Shown: piece by piece, positions 1 through 13,004 of the stretch
Numbering within the stretch: the stretch's first letter is position 1
How the letters are laid out: every line of letters starts with the position of its first letter
Origin: an uncultured delta proteobacterium
GTDB lineage: Bacteria > Desulfobacterota > Binatia > DP-6
Direction of reading: 5' to 3'
DNA: 64,000 bases
Assembly: GCA_963815115.1 (NCBI GenBank)
Contig: CAWFFN010000005.1
Coordinates: forward strand, 480,001-544,000
Notes under the pieces: model-generated
Databases searched by the model: none
Told to the model about the DNA's origin: nothing
Seen by the model: the letters and a program-made list of their open reading frames with translations, nothing else
Program-made: the position numbers and the translations under genes

Positions 1-11
1 GCGTCCAGCAG

Positions 12-1880
<1,869 letters not shown>

Positions 1881-2020
1881 GACGCATCCGGCGCCCGCCG
1901 CCCACGACGTTGACCGTAGGTGGTCCGGGGCGTATTCAGACGCTCGGGTTGGAGGCAGTCTCGGCGTCACGCGAACGGGAACGAACCAGCGCTGCCATGC
2001 GGACACCCTGACCGGCCCAG

Positions 2021-2461
2021 ATGACGTCCTGGTTCGTCTGGGTCATCGTCGCCGGTCTCCTCACCCTGCTCGAGCTCCTGGTGCCGACGGGCTTCGTGCT
2101 CCTCTGCTTCGCCGTCGCATGTCTGGCGACGGCGGCCGTCAGCCTCGTCAGCGAGCGCCTGCAGGTACAGCTCGCCGCTTTCAGCGTTGCGACCACGGTG
2201 TGCTTCGTCGCCCTCCGTCCCTTCTTCCAGCGCCGGTCGCATCCACCCGGAGGCCCGGTCAGGACCAACGTGCATGCGCTCCTCGATCGCGAGGCGCGCG
2301 TCACCGCCGAGGTCACCGCGCTCGGAGGACAGGTGAAGGTGGGGGGCGAGGAATGGGCCGCGTTCTCGGAAGGTCCCGCCGCCATCCCCGTGGGAACCAT
2401 GGTACGCGTCGTCGCCATCACGGGGAATCGACTGCGCGTCGCGCTGGGCAACCAGGGCTGA
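2021..2461 (+). CDS. NfeD-family membrane protein (short type, C-terminal OB fold)
   Basis: Hydrophobic N-terminus (W..AG..L..LELL.P) and GQVKVGGEEWAA...GTMVRVVAITG; lies directly upstream of an SPFH gene. Confidence 0.9.
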   Translation: MTSWFVWVIVAGLLTLLELLVPTGFVLLCFAVACLATAAVSLVSERLQVQLAAFSVATTVCFVALRPFFQRRSHPPGGPVRTNVHALLDREARVTAEVTALGGQVKVGGEEWAAFSEGPAAIPVGTMVRVVAITGNRLRVALGNQG

Positions 2462-2472
2462 GGAGGTCACTC

Positions 2473-3462
2473 ATGGGGCTCGCGATCCTCGTCATCCTCG
2501 CCGTCATCGTCGTCGTGATGGCGATCCGGGGGGTTCAGATCGTGCAGCAGGCGGAAGCGGTGATCGTCGAGCGCCTGGGCAGATACGACCGGACGCTGCA
2601 CAGCGGCATCAACATCATCTGGCCGTTCCTGGACCAACCTCGCACCATCCGACAGCGCTACGTCGAGATCGACGTCGACGGAGAGCGCAAGGTCCGCTTC
2701 CGCGATGGCGAGCGTATCGATCTCCGGGAGACCGTCTACGACTTCCCGAAGCAGAACGTGATCACGCGCGACAACGTGACGATCACCATCGACGCGCTGA
2801 TCTACTTCCAGATCACGGATCCCATGCGGGCCGTGTACGAGATCGCGAATCTGCCCGACGCGCTCGAGAAGCTGACCCAGACCACGCTGCGCAACGTGAT
2901 CGGCGAGCTCGATCTCGACCACACGTTGACGTCCCGGGACACGATCAACGCCAAGCTCCGGGCGATCCTCGACGAAGCGACCGACAAGTGGGGGGTCAAG
3001 GTCAATCGCGTCGAGCTGCAGGACATCGTGCCGCCGGCCGACGTGAAGGACGCCATGGAGAAGCAGATGCGCGCGGAGCGCGACCGGCGGGCGGCGATCC
3101 TCGAGGCCGAGGGTCAGAAGGCGGCGGCGGTCCTCGTCGCGGAAGGACGGCAGCAGGCCGACGTGACCCAGGCGGAGGGCGAGAAGCGGGCAACGGCCCT
3201 GCGCGCGGAGGGGCAGGCGGAGGCGATCCTCCGGGTGGCCGAGGCCGAGGCGCAGTCCATCCGGAAGCTCACCGAGGCCATGGCGGACGGCCGGCGCGAT
3301 CCGGCGGCCTACCTCGTCGCGATCAAGTACATCCAGGCGTTGCGCGACATGGTGTCGGGTCAGGAGAGCAAGGTCGTCTACGTTCCCTACGAGGCGACGT
3401 CGATCCTCGGGTCGATCGGCATGGTCCGCGACCTGTTCGAGAAGCGTCCCGGCGCAGAGTGA
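2473..3462 (+). CDS. SPFH/band 7 (stomatin/paraslipin, QmcA-like) protein
   Basis: AGGAGG RBS at 2461; VERLGRY, QNVITRDNV, LRNVIGELDLD, KQMRAERDRRA coiled coil. Confidence 0.95.
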   Translation: MGLAILVILAVIVVVMAIRGVQIVQQAEAVIVERLGRYDRTLHSGINIIWPFLDQPRTIRQRYVEIDVDGERKVRFRDGERIDLRETVYDFPKQNVITRDNVTITIDALIYFQITDPMRAVYEIANLPDALEKLTQTTLRNVIGELDLDHTLTSRDTINAKLRAILDEATDKWGVKVNRVELQDIVPPADVKDAMEKQMRAERDRRAAILEAEGQKAAAVLVAEGRQQADVTQAEGEKRATALRAEGQAEAILRVAEAEAQSIRKLTEAMADGRRDPAAYLVAIKYIQALRDMVSGQESKVVYVPYEATSILGSIGMVRDLFEKRPGAE

Positions 3463-3484
3463 GCGATCGGGGGCGGGTCCGGCG

Positions 3485-4297
<813 letters not shown>

Positions 4298-4300
4298 CGT

Positions 4301-5452
4301 CTAGCGCTCCGAGCTCACGATCCACATGGCGAAGTACTGCGCGCCGCCGCCGTAGGCGTGGCCGAGCGCCGTCGTGGCGCCTTCCACCTGGTGCTCGCCC
4401 GCGCGGCCCATGACCTGGAGCGCGGCCTCGCCGAGCCGGAGCATGCCCGAGGCCCCGATCGGGTTCGTGCACAGGACGCCCCCCGACGGGTTGATGGGCA
4501 GATGGGCGCCGAAGCGCACCTCGCCGCGGTCGACCAGCTTCCACCCGTCGCCCTCGTCGCAGAAGCCGAGGTTCTCGAGCCACATGGCCTCGAACCAGGC
4601 GAACGGGACGTAGATCTCGGCGGTGTGGATCTGTCTCCAGGGATCGGTGATCCCGGCCTGACCGTAGACGTGCCTGGCGCACACCTTGCCGGCCGTCGGG
4701 CTCACCTGATCGCGTCCCGGCACCCACATCGCCTCCGCGTACGAGGCGGCGCCCTTGATCCAGGCGGGCGTGCGCGGACCCTTCCTGGCGGCGTCCTCGC
4801 TCGCCACCACCAGCGCGACGGCCCCGTCGGACGACGGGCAGGTCTCGAGGTAGCGGATGGGATCCCACAGCACGGGCGAGTTCATCACGTCCTCGACGCT
4901 CATGGGCTCGCGCAGGTGGGCGTACTCGTTGCGGCCGGCGTTGTCGCGCGCGCTGGCCGCGGTCATCGGACCGATGTGCGGCGGGCAGCCGCTGCGCGCG
5001 ATGTAGGCGCGGCAGTAGGGGGCGAAGAAGCCGCCCGCGCCGGCGACCAGCGGCGGGGTGAAGGGCATGCTGGGCGACAGCGCCCACATCGCGTTGCCCT
5101 CGGACTGCTTCTCGAAGGCGACGGTGAGGACGCGGTCGTAAAGGCCCGACGCGACGTGGGTCATGGCGGTGATCGCGGTCGACGCCCCGACCGACCCCGC
5201 CGTGTGCACCCGGAGCAGCGGCTTCAGATGCGCGCCCAGCGCTCCGGCGAGGAACTGCTCCGGCTGCATGACGCCTTCCAGCATGTCCGGCGCCTTGCCC
5301 ACGACCACGGCATCGATGTCCTCGTGCTGCAGCCCCGCGTCGGCGAGCGCGCGGTCGACCGCCTCGCGCACGAGACCGGGGATGCTCACGTCGGAGCGCC
5401 GCGCCTTGTGGTGCGTCTGTCCGACCCCGACGACGGCGACCGGCCGTTTCAC
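4301..5452 (-). CDS. ltp3: Thiolase-fold lipid-transfer-type protein, Ltp3-like
   Basis: GLVREAVDRALAD...VVGKAPDMLEGVM...RVHTAGSVG...EKQSEGNAMWALS and C-terminal GHAYGGGAQYFAMW; GTG start overlaps the upstream stop. Confidence 0.85.
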   Translation of the reverse strand: MKRPVAVVGVGQTHHKARRSDVSIPGLVREAVDRALADAGLQHEDIDAVVVGKAPDMLEGVMQPEQFLAGALGAHLKPLLRVHTAGSVGASTAITAMTHVASGLYDRVLTVAFEKQSEGNAMWALSPSMPFTPPLVAGAGGFFAPYCRAYIARSGCPPHIGPMTAASARDNAGRNEYAHLREPMSVEDVMNSPVLWDPIRYLETCPSSDGAVALVVASEDAARKGPRTPAWIKGAASYAEAMWVPGRDQVSPTAGKVCARHVYGQAGITDPWRQIHTAEIYVPFAWFEAMWLENLGFCDEGDGWKLVDRGEVRFGAHLPINPSGGVLCTNPIGASGMLRLGEAALQVMGRAGEHQVEGATTALGHAYGGGAQYFAMWIVSSER

Positions 5453-6570
5453 GTCCACCTCCGCTCGCTCCCGAGCACCCAGACGACGTTCTGCTGGAGA
5501 CAGTGGCCCTGGGCGGCATGGGCGATCGCTCGGCGCGCGCCCGCGACGGTGCGCTCGCCGGCGCGCCCGGAGAGCTGGCGGAAGACCTCGCCGAGCCTGA
5601 TGAGGCCGGTGCTCATCACGGGATTGCCGCACAGCGCGCCGCCCGACGGGTTGACGGCGGGCTTGGTCGCATGCGCATCGAGCCCGAGCGCCTCGCAGAC
5701 GATGAGCTCCTCGGCGGGGTTGGCGGCGAGCAGCTCGACCAGGTCGACGTCGCCCGCGCGCTGCAGCCCCGCCATGGCGAACGCCTTCTGCGCGGCGAGG
5801 GCGGTGCCCGGGCTGCGCGACAGGTCGCGCGCGCCGATCGACTGGAGCTCGGTGCGGTGATCCACGCCGTGGATCCACACCGGCCTGTCGCACAGCGTCT
5901 CGGCCTTCCCCTCCGCCGCGAGCACGAGGCAGGTGGCGCTCTCCCCGAGCGGCGGCAGGTAGCCCCGGCGGAGCGGCTCGACGACCCACGGCGTCTGCCG
6001 GAGCGCGTCCGCGGTCGCGGCCTCGCGCACCTGGTTGTCCGGATTGCGGGCGCCGGCCGTGCGGTTGCGGGCCGCGATCGCCGCGAGGTCGGCGTCGGTG
6101 ACGCCGGTACGTGCCTGGTGGGCGCTCGCCTGGAGCGCCGACGTGGCGGTCGGGGTCAGTCCGAGCGGCGCCTGGTAGTAGGGGTCGAGCTGCAGGTTGA
6201 GCACGCGCTCGGGCTCGCCCTCGGACGTCTTCCCGTGTGCGCACACGATGGCGCTGTCGACCTCGCCCGTCTGCATCTTCAGCCAGGCGTAGTAGGTGGC
6301 GAACGAGCCGTCCATCTCGAGGTGCAGGTCCTGCCGCGGCGGCCACGAGCCCATGACGTCGAGCGCGGCGACGAAGCCGAACGGGCGGCCGTCCATGTAG
6401 TCGGCCGACGCCGACACCTGGTAGTCGATGGCATCGCGCTCCGCCCCGACCTGCGCCAGGGCCTCGCGGACGACGGGATAGAGCATCTCGGTGGACATGC
6501 GATGCGCATCGCGTGCCACCACCGGAAGCTGCGCGAAGCCCACGATCGCGACGTTGCGGAGCGCGCTCAT
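5449..6570 (-). CDS. ltp4: Thiolase-fold lipid-transfer-type protein, Ltp4-like
   Basis: VAIVGFAQ, SADYMDGRPFGF, HLEMDG, NPSGGAL, GHCLQQN; adjacent to the ltp3-like gene. Confidence 0.8.
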   Translation of the reverse strand: MSALRNVAIVGFAQLPVVARDAHRMSTEMLYPVVREALAQVGAERDAIDYQVSASADYMDGRPFGFVAALDVMGSWPPRQDLHLEMDGSFATYYAWLKMQTGEVDSAIVCAHGKTSEGEPERVLNLQLDPYYQAPLGLTPTATSALQASAHQARTGVTDADLAAIAARNRTAGARNPDNQVREAATADALRQTPWVVEPLRRGYLPPLGESATCLVLAAEGKAETLCDRPVWIHGVDHRTELQSIGARDLSRSPGTALAAQKAFAMAGLQRAGDVDLVELLAANPAEELIVCEALGLDAHATKPAVNPSGGALCGNPVMSTGLIRLGEVFRQLSGRAGERTVAGARRAIAHAAQGHCLQQNVVWVLGSERRWT

Positions 6571-7068
6571 AGGCGATGGATGAACGACGCGAACGGCTCG
6601 TCGGGCTCGCCCGTGGGCCGGAAGTACTGGATGTCCTCGTGGTCGCCCTGGCGCTCGCCGTCCGGCTTCCACACCGCCTCGACGCGCATGCCCATGCGGA
6701 CGTCCTCGGCCTTGCACTCCTGGATGAGCGCGAAGATCGAGATGTCGGCGCCGTCGAGCGCGACCGACGCGGCCACGTACGGGATACTCGAGGGTCCGGC
6801 CGATCACCGGGATGTTGACGATGCAGAACGTGGTGACGACGCCACGATCGGCCACCTCGACCAGCTCGTCGCAGGGGGCGAAGCTCTCGGGCGAGGCGAC
6901 GATCGGCATGACGAACACCTTGCCGGTCTTCGAGTCCTTCGAGCCGAGGATCTTCTTGTCCTTCAGGGCGCGCAGGTAGCGGGCGCGGTAGTCGCCGGCG
7001 ACGTAATGGTACGGCAGCCGGACCTCGGCGTCGATGTACTTCACCGGCTCCTTCGGCGGTTCGTCCAT
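6567..7068 (-). CDS. DUF35 / ChsH2-like OB-fold protein, interrupted by a 1-bp insertion near 6781-6786
   Basis: N-part (...GVVTTFCIVNIPVIGRTLE) joins the C-part ORF 6567..6776 (VAASVALDGAD...VRMGMRVEAVWKP) if one base is removed. Confidence 0.8.
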
Positions 7069-7075
7069 GCGATCC

Positions 7076-7534
7076 TCAGTCGATCGGCCGGAAGCCGGCG
7101 ATGTCACGGATGGAGCCGATGCGCTCGCCGTCCGGCTTCCACAGGGCCTCGACGCGCGACCCCACCCGCAGGCGCTGCAGGCCCTCGGTGACGATGTGGG
7201 GCAGGGCGGTGTCCGCGCCGCCGAGCTTCACCAGCACGAAGGCGAACGGCGCCGCGGCGGGATGGAGGCCCTCGACGGCTTCGTGCACGACGGCGACGGC
7301 CGTCACCACGCCGGTGTTCGCGACCGCCACCCACTCGCCGGCGTCCGCGCCGGTGGTCTCGGAGTAGCCGAGGGGTGGGACCACCACACCCTGGCCCGGT
7401 ACGCGCTGTCCCCAGATGCGGCACTGGTCGCGCAGGCCGGCGAGGAAGCGCCCGATGGTCTCGCCGGTGGAGTGCTTGTAGGGGAACTCCATCGTCGTGT
7501 CGGCGAACAGCGGGTCGACGGTCTGCGCGGACAT
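7076..7534 (-). CDS. DUF35 / ChsH2-like OB-fold protein
   Basis: YKHSTGETIGRFLAGLRD, VKLGGADTALPH, LRVGSRVEALWK. Confidence 0.85.
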   Translation of the reverse strand: MSAQTVDPLFADTTMEFPYKHSTGETIGRFLAGLRDQCRIWGQRVPGQGVVVPPLGYSETTGADAGEWVAVANTGVVTAVAVVHEAVEGLHPAAAPFAFVLVKLGGADTALPHIVTEGLQRLRVGSRVEALWKPDGERIGSIRDIAGFRPID

Positions 7535-7710
7535 GAGGCGCCTGGGGTAGTGCAGCAAACGAGCGTTTGTCAAGGACGACGAGCGCCGCGCGCCGTTCGC
7601 GCTCGATGCCGGCGTGCGCTGGCCGCGGAGCCGGCTTTCTTGCAGGTGCCGGGGCCGTGCGCTACGCTTCCGGCGAGAGCGGATGCGGCGGATGCCGCGG
7701 GAGGTGGGTG

Positions 7711-8151
7711 ATGAAGCGTCTGCTCGCGACCTATGACTCGTGGGCGCTGGCCGGAGCGCGCCTTGCCCTCGGGCTGGTCATGTTCCCGCACGGAGCCCAG
7801 AAGATGCTCGGCTGGTTCGGCGGCCCCGGCTTCAGCGCCACGATGGGGTTCTTCACCAAGCAAGGCATCCCGTCGGTCCTCGCCTTTCTCGCCATCGTGG
7901 CGGAGTTCTTCGGCTCGCTCGGACTCATCGTCGGCCTGCTCGGACGCGTGGCCGCGTTCGGCATCTTCTGCGTCATGGTGGTGGCGATCGTCATCGTTCA
8001 CTTGCCGAACGGCTTCTTCATGAACTGGTCGGGCCAGCAGGCGGGCGAGGGATTCGAGTACCACATGCTCGCGATCGGCCTCGCGCTCGCCGTCATGATC
8101 GGCGGCAGCGGGGCCATGTCGTTCGATCGCGCGCTGAACGACGATCGCTGA
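7711..8151 (+). CDS. DoxX-family membrane protein
   Basis: RLALGLVMFPHGAQKMLGWFGGPG...GFEYHML; four hydrophobic helices. Confidence 0.92.
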   Translation: MKRLLATYDSWALAGARLALGLVMFPHGAQKMLGWFGGPGFSATMGFFTKQGIPSVLAFLAIVAEFFGSLGLIVGLLGRVAAFGIFCVMVVAIVIVHLPNGFFMNWSGQQAGEGFEYHMLAIGLALAVMIGGSGAMSFDRALNDDR

Positions 8152-8181
8152 GCACTCGCCGCCCGACGAGCGGTCAACCGG

Positions 8182-8976
8182 TCAGGCGTCGTGCGGACGC
8201 CGGCCGGCGGCCGCTCGCAGCACCATGCGTTGCACGCGGGCGTCGCGCTCGCTCCACGACGCGTGCGCGGCCGTCGCCGCCTCCAGCTCCGGCTGGGCGA
8301 GGAAGCCGGCGCCCACGATCGTCGGCCCCATGCTCTCCATGACCTGGCGCCAGAGCGCGAGCCCCTCGTCGAACCCGCGCTGGTCGCGGACGGCGACCTC
8401 GTCCTCGACGCTCACGACCACGTCGCGATAGCCGGCAGCGGCGAGCATCCCGGCGAGGCGGTCGCCGAGGCGGTTGTCCCACCCGCTGGCGTTCCGCCAC
8501 GCGAGGAAGGCGTCGTAGAACCGCCGCACCCCGGCGGGAGGTGCCGGCTCCCACGTCAGGTCGGCGTGCGTGTATTCGAGCACCACGGCCCGGCCGCCGG
8601 GACGCGTGGCCGCGAACATCCGTGCGAGCGCGCGCTCCGGGTGCTCGATCCACTGCAGGGCGCGCGCGGCGGTCACGACGTCGAAGCGGACCTCGTCGCG
8701 CAGCTCGAGGACGTCGCGCTGCTCGAACGCGAGATTGGCGACGTCGCCGTGACGCTCGCGGGCGAGGCGGATCATCGACTCGTCGCGGTCGATCCCGAGC
8801 GCCGATCCCCGCGGTCCGACGGCGCGTGCGATGTCGGCCGTGATGGCGCCCGTCCCGGCGCCCACGTCGAGCACGGCCATGCCGGGACGCAGGATCGTGG
8901 CCAGCCGGCGGTGGTCGCGCGCCAGGGTGCGGCGATCGAGGATGCGCGTGTCGGAGGTGTGGCTCTGGGCGCTCAC
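8182..8976 (-). CDS. Class I SAM-dependent methyltransferase
   Basis: Motif I VLDVGAGTG, FDVVTAARALQW, RPGGR; GTG start overlaps the stop of the upstream gene. Confidence 0.88.
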   Translation of the reverse strand: MSAQSHTSDTRILDRRTLARDHRRLATILRPGMAVLDVGAGTGAITADIARAVGPRGSALGIDRDESMIRLARERHGDVANLAFEQRDVLELRDEVRFDVVTAARALQWIEHPERALARMFAATRPGGRAVVLEYTHADLTWEPAPPAGVRRFYDAFLAWRNASGWDNRLGDRLAGMLAAAGYRDVVVSVEDEVAVRDQRGFDEGLALWRQVMESMGPTIVGAGFLAQPELEAATAAHASWSERDARVQRMVLRAAAGRRPHDA

Positions 8977-10604
8977 CCGAGGCCCGACAGGCGCTTCATG
9001 CGACGCAGCAGCCCTTCGTCCTTGCGACGTTCGGACAGGATCTTCGAGATGTAGGCTCGCTTGAACGCCGCGCGTTGCGTGCCCGTGCGCACCACCTCCG
9101 GCACGTACTCCCAGCCTTCGTCCTGCTCGAAGGGCTCGATCTCCTGGTGCAGCCGGAAGAAGTATGCGGCGAGGTCGGGATCGACCCCGAGGCGCTCGAA
9201 GGCGAGGGTGAGCGGATGGCGCGCGCGCGCCGCGAGCGGCTGGATCAGACCCTCGCCGGCGACGCCGCCCTGGCCGAGTCCGAGCGCGGCCTTTCCCATG
9301 CGCTCGCGCGCGCCCGGCGGCGGGCCGAGGTGGAACGCCGCGATCGCCTCCTCGGGCGCCGAGTGCACCAGGAACCAGGAGGTGACGTAGCCGCCGGCGA
9401 TGGTCTCGATCGGCGGCGTCCAGCGGAAGAGGTCCTCGCGCGTGATCCCGAGCGCGCGCTCGGCGAAATCGGCCCAGATCTCCATGTGGTTGCGCGTCAG
9501 GTATCCACCCGACTCCGTGGCGAACGCCTGGCCGATGGCGCGCAGCGCCCGGGGCGTGCGCTGGCGCGAGAGCTGCCCCGCGATGTTGCGGGTGGCATCG
9601 AGGTGGATGAAGTCGCGCACCAGCTCCTTCGCCGCGTCCAGCGACGCCTTGCCCGAGAGCAGGAAGCCGAACGCCGTCTCCGACGGCCGGGTGAGCGTCA
9701 TGCAGAACGCGCCCAGCTCGTCCTCCATCTCCTCGTGCGTCTGCTCGCTGCCCGCCCGGAAGCGCTCGCCGGGCGGCGGCCAGACGAACTCGGGAAGCGG
9801 GTAGCGGCCTGCGACGATCTCGTTCCACGCGCGCCGCATGTTCTGGTAGATCAGCAGCCAGTGATGCACGGTGGTGCGCAGCACCGCCTGCTGCGAACCG
9901 TCGCTGGCGAGCTCGCGCACGACGTCCCACACCGGCTCGGTGACGAAGCCGCGGAAGTCCTCGTACGCGCGCCAGTAGGCCACCGCCTCGTCGTCGAGGT
10001 GCCAGGCGCGCTTCATGTACTCCGCGAGCCCGCGCTGGCAGAGCCACGGACGCTCGTCGCGGCAGACGTCGAGCAGGGAGCCCTCGCCCGCCAGCGCGCT
10101 GACCACGAACCCCTCCTCGAAGCTCGAGAACTGGAAGTGGAGCCGGGTGAAGGTGGCCTGCATGGTCTCGGGACAGGCGAGGTGCGCCTCGAGCTCGGCC
10201 TGCTCCAGGCCGAAGGCGGCCGCGAAGCGCAGGAAGAGCTCGAGCGGCGGCCGCGTCACCTGGTGGAATCCGGTCTTCCGGTTCACCAGCGGCGACAGGG
10301 CGATGAAGAGCCCGCGCCGGCGGCAGCGCGCGATCGAGGCCGCCGTACCCTGCGCGTCGAGTCGGATGAACTGGTAGTACTCCTTCAGCCAGCGGCGCAG
10401 CGCCGCGCGCTCGCAGCCGCCGTACTTGAGGGCCTCGGCGAGCACCGGCTCGACGGGATGGGCCCGCACGAGGCCCTTCAGCTCGTCGATGAAGTCGTCG
10501 ACGGGCAGCGGTGGTGCCGGTCGCTCGAAGGCGTAGAGCTCGAGAAAGTCGCTGGCGTTCGGAGCGGCGGAGGTCGGGTTCGGCTGCCGCAGCGGCGTGG
10601 CCAT
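8973..10604 (-). CDS. Tandem two-domain heme-oxygenase-like (TenA/PqqC/CADD, HDO-fold) protein
   Basis: Two similar helical halves (LFLRFAAAFGLE / IWADFAERALGIT; CPET / PIET; YWRAY / FFRLH); E-x7-H and H-x3-E motifs occur only in the C-terminal half. Confidence 0.65.
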   Translation of the reverse strand: MATPLRQPNPTSAAPNASDFLELYAFERPAPPLPVDDFIDELKGLVRAHPVEPVLAEALKYGGCERAALRRWLKEYYQFIRLDAQGTAASIARCRRRGLFIALSPLVNRKTGFHQVTRPPLELFLRFAAAFGLEQAELEAHLACPETMQATFTRLHFQFSSFEEGFVVSALAGEGSLLDVCRDERPWLCQRGLAEYMKRAWHLDDEAVAYWRAYEDFRGFVTEPVWDVVRELASDGSQQAVLRTTVHHWLLIYQNMRRAWNEIVAGRYPLPEFVWPPPGERFRAGSEQTHEEMEDELGAFCMTLTRPSETAFGFLLSGKASLDAAKELVRDFIHLDATRNIAGQLSRQRTPRALRAIGQAFATESGGYLTRNHMEIWADFAERALGITREDLFRWTPPIETIAGGYVTSWFLVHSAPEEAIAAFHLGPPPGARERMGKAALGLGQGGVAGEGLIQPLAARARHPLTLAFERLGVDPDLAAYFFRLHQEIEPFEQDEGWEYVPEVVRTGTQRAAFKRAYISKILSERRKDEGLLRRMKRLSGLG

Positions 10605-10720
10605 GGCGCTCGGTACCAAGACGATGCGAGGTCACGCAACCCCTCGGAGCGGACACGAAGTTGACACCGGCCGGAGGCGAGGCAAAAGAAGGGGGCGACG
10701 GATGCGATTGCGGGCGCGAG

Positions 10721-12236
10721 ATGACTGAGACGAGTGAGGGCAACGCGCTCCGCTCCCTGCGCGAGATCCTCGGCTCGGGCCGGCCGCTGGTGTACATCCG
10801 GTCGCCCGAGGAGCAGCGCGTCGAGGGGCTCCTGCGCAACGTGGCGCGCTCGTTCTTCCCGTCGCCGGTCCCGCTCTGGACCTGGAGTCTCACCGAGGGC
10901 ATGCGCGGAGAAGACGGGGCGGCGGCGGGCGCAGAGGTGCTCGGCCCTCGCGCGGCGCTCGACTTCATCGTCGCGTACGACGGGCCGGCGCTCTTCGTGC
11001 TGCGAGACTTCCACGAGCCGCTGCGCGACTCGCCCGAGATCCGCCGTCGCGTGCGCGACCTCTACGAGGCCTGCCTCGACCGCGGCAAGTTCATCTTCAT
11101 CTGCTCGCCCGTCAAGGTCATCCCCGAGGAGATCGAGCGCGACCTCAGCTTCTTCGAGCTCGCGCTTCCCGATCAAGCCGAGCTCATCGCGTTCCTCCGT
11201 GAGCAGGCGGCAGCCATCAAGGCCGCCGGCGGGACGGCCGACGACAGCGACCCGACGCTGGCCCAGCTGGCGCGCGCGCTCCAGGGCCTCACGCTCGACG
11301 AGTCCCTGCATGCGATCCGGCGCGCGAAGACGACGCGGCAGGCACTCGATCGGGAGTCCGTCCCGGTCCTGCTCGAGGAGAAGCGGCAGCTGGTGAACCG
11401 CGTCGGTCTCATCGAGTACATCCCCAGCGTGACCGGCATCGAGCAGATCGGCGGTCTCGAGATCATGAAGAAGTGGCTGCTCGAGCGTCGCAAGCTGTTC
11501 GAGATGCGCGACGAGGTCGGAGCGGAGATCGTGCCCAAGGGCGTCCTGGTCATGGGCATCTCCGGCTGCGGCAAGAGCCTCTGCATCAAGGCGATCGCGT
11601 CGTGCTTCGAGCTGCCGCTCTATCGCATCGACATGGTCGAGATCTTCTCCGGACGCCACGGGCAGGCGGAGAGCGCGTTCGCGCGCGCCTGTCACATGCT
11701 CGAGGCGATCTCTCCCGCCGTGGTGTGGTTCGACGAGATCGAGGCCGCGATCAACACCCAGGCGAAGGAGGGCGAACAGGGGCGCATCTTCGGGTTCTTC
11801 CTCACCTGGATGCAGGAGAAGACCCGCGGCCTGTTCGTCGGCGCCACGGCCAACCGCATCGACCTGCTGCCCGCGGAGATGATCCGCAAGGGGCGCTTCG
11901 ACGAGGTGTTCTTCGTCGACCTGCCGCTCGACGAGGAGCGGATCGACATCGTGCGCGTGCACCTGCGGCGGCGCGGGATCGATCCGTCGGCCTTCAACCT
12001 CGAGCGCCATGAAGAAGTTCACCCGCGGCTGGACCGGGGCCGAGCTCGAGCAGTGCGTGGTGTCGGCCCTCACGACCGCCCGCCTCGAGGACCGTGAGCT
12101 CACCGCCGACGACTTGCTGAACGCCACCGCCCGCGTCGTGCCGCTGTCGAAGACGATGAAGGAGCAGGTCGAGCACATCCGCAACTGGGCGTTCGACCGC
12201 GCGGTGCGGGCGTCGCCGCGCGACGCCGCGCGCTAG
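10721..12236 (+). CDS. Ycf46-like AAA+ ATPase, frameshifted near 12008
   Basis: Walker A GISGCGKS, Walker B WFDEIE, ATAN...PAEMIRKGRFDE; the C-terminus (GWTGAELEQ...VPLSKTMKEQVEHIRNWA) continues in ORF 12009..12236. Confidence 0.85.
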
Positions 12237-12256
12237 CTAGCGGCCCCGGCGCACCG

Positions 12257-12958
12257 TCACCAGCGCTCGCCGAACGGGCGCACGTCGATCTCGAACGTCC
12301 AGGCCGAGCGGTCCTGCCGGGCCAGCTGCCAGAACGTCTCGGCGATGGCGTCGGGCTTCAAGAAGAAGTCGTCTGGCCGATCCCCGAAGAACGCGCGCGT
12401 GTTCGGGATGTCGATGACGCCGTCGACGACGACGTAGGCGACGTGGATGCCGCCCGGCCCGAGGCTGCGTGCCATCGACTGCGCGAGGACGCGCTGGGCC
12501 GCCTTGGCGGGCGCGAAGGCCGCGAAGTTGGCTCCTCCACGCAGCGAGGCGGTGGCACCCGTGATCAGGATCGACCCGCGGCCGGCCTCGAGCATCGCCG
12601 GCGCCACCTCGCGGCTACACAGCAGGAGTCCGAGTGCGTTGACGCGCCAGGCGGCCTCGAAGGCGTCGGGCGGCGTATCGAGGAACTGGGCGAACATCCC
12701 GCTGCCCGCGTTGTAGAGAAGCGTCTCGACCGGACCCAGATCCGATCGGATGCGCGCGAAGGCGTCGCGCACGGCCTCGGCGTCACCGACGTCGGCGGCA
12801 TACGCCCGCGCACCCGGAACGCTGCGCGCCAGCTCGTCCAGGCGCTCGGCCGACCGCGCGAGCATGGCGACGCGAAATCCCTCGGCGGCGAAGCGGCGCA
12901 CCAGTGCGGCGCCGGTGCCCGGCCCGACCCCCGTGACTGCACACACCCGATCGCTCAT
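12257..12958 (-). CDS. Short-chain dehydrogenase/reductase (SDR)
   Basis: VTGVGPGTG, YNAG, TGATASLRG, IHVAYVVVDGVID, WTFEIDVRP. Confidence 0.92.
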   Translation of the reverse strand: MSDRVCAVTGVGPGTGAALVRRFAAEGFRVAMLARSAERLDELARSVPGARAYAADVGDAEAVRDAFARIRSDLGPVETLLYNAGSGMFAQFLDTPPDAFEAAWRVNALGLLLCSREVAPAMLEAGRGSILITGATASLRGGANFAAFAPAKAAQRVLAQSMARSLGPGGIHVAYVVVDGVIDIPNTRAFFGDRPDDFFLKPDAIAETFWQLARQDRSAWTFEIDVRPFGERW

Positions 12959-13004
12959 GCCGCCGACGCTACTCTGGTCGCGGAGCTCAGGGTAGAAGGC
13001 GAGC

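Noticed and set aside
7658-7669. TGCGCTACGCTT upstream of doxX, identical to part of the first HxlR repeat
   Set aside because: Only a half site; more simply an extended -10 element (TACGCT).
12000-12020. Programmed frameshift in the AAA ATPase
   Set aside because: No slippery heptamer; a single extra base like the other indels in the window is the simpler explanation.
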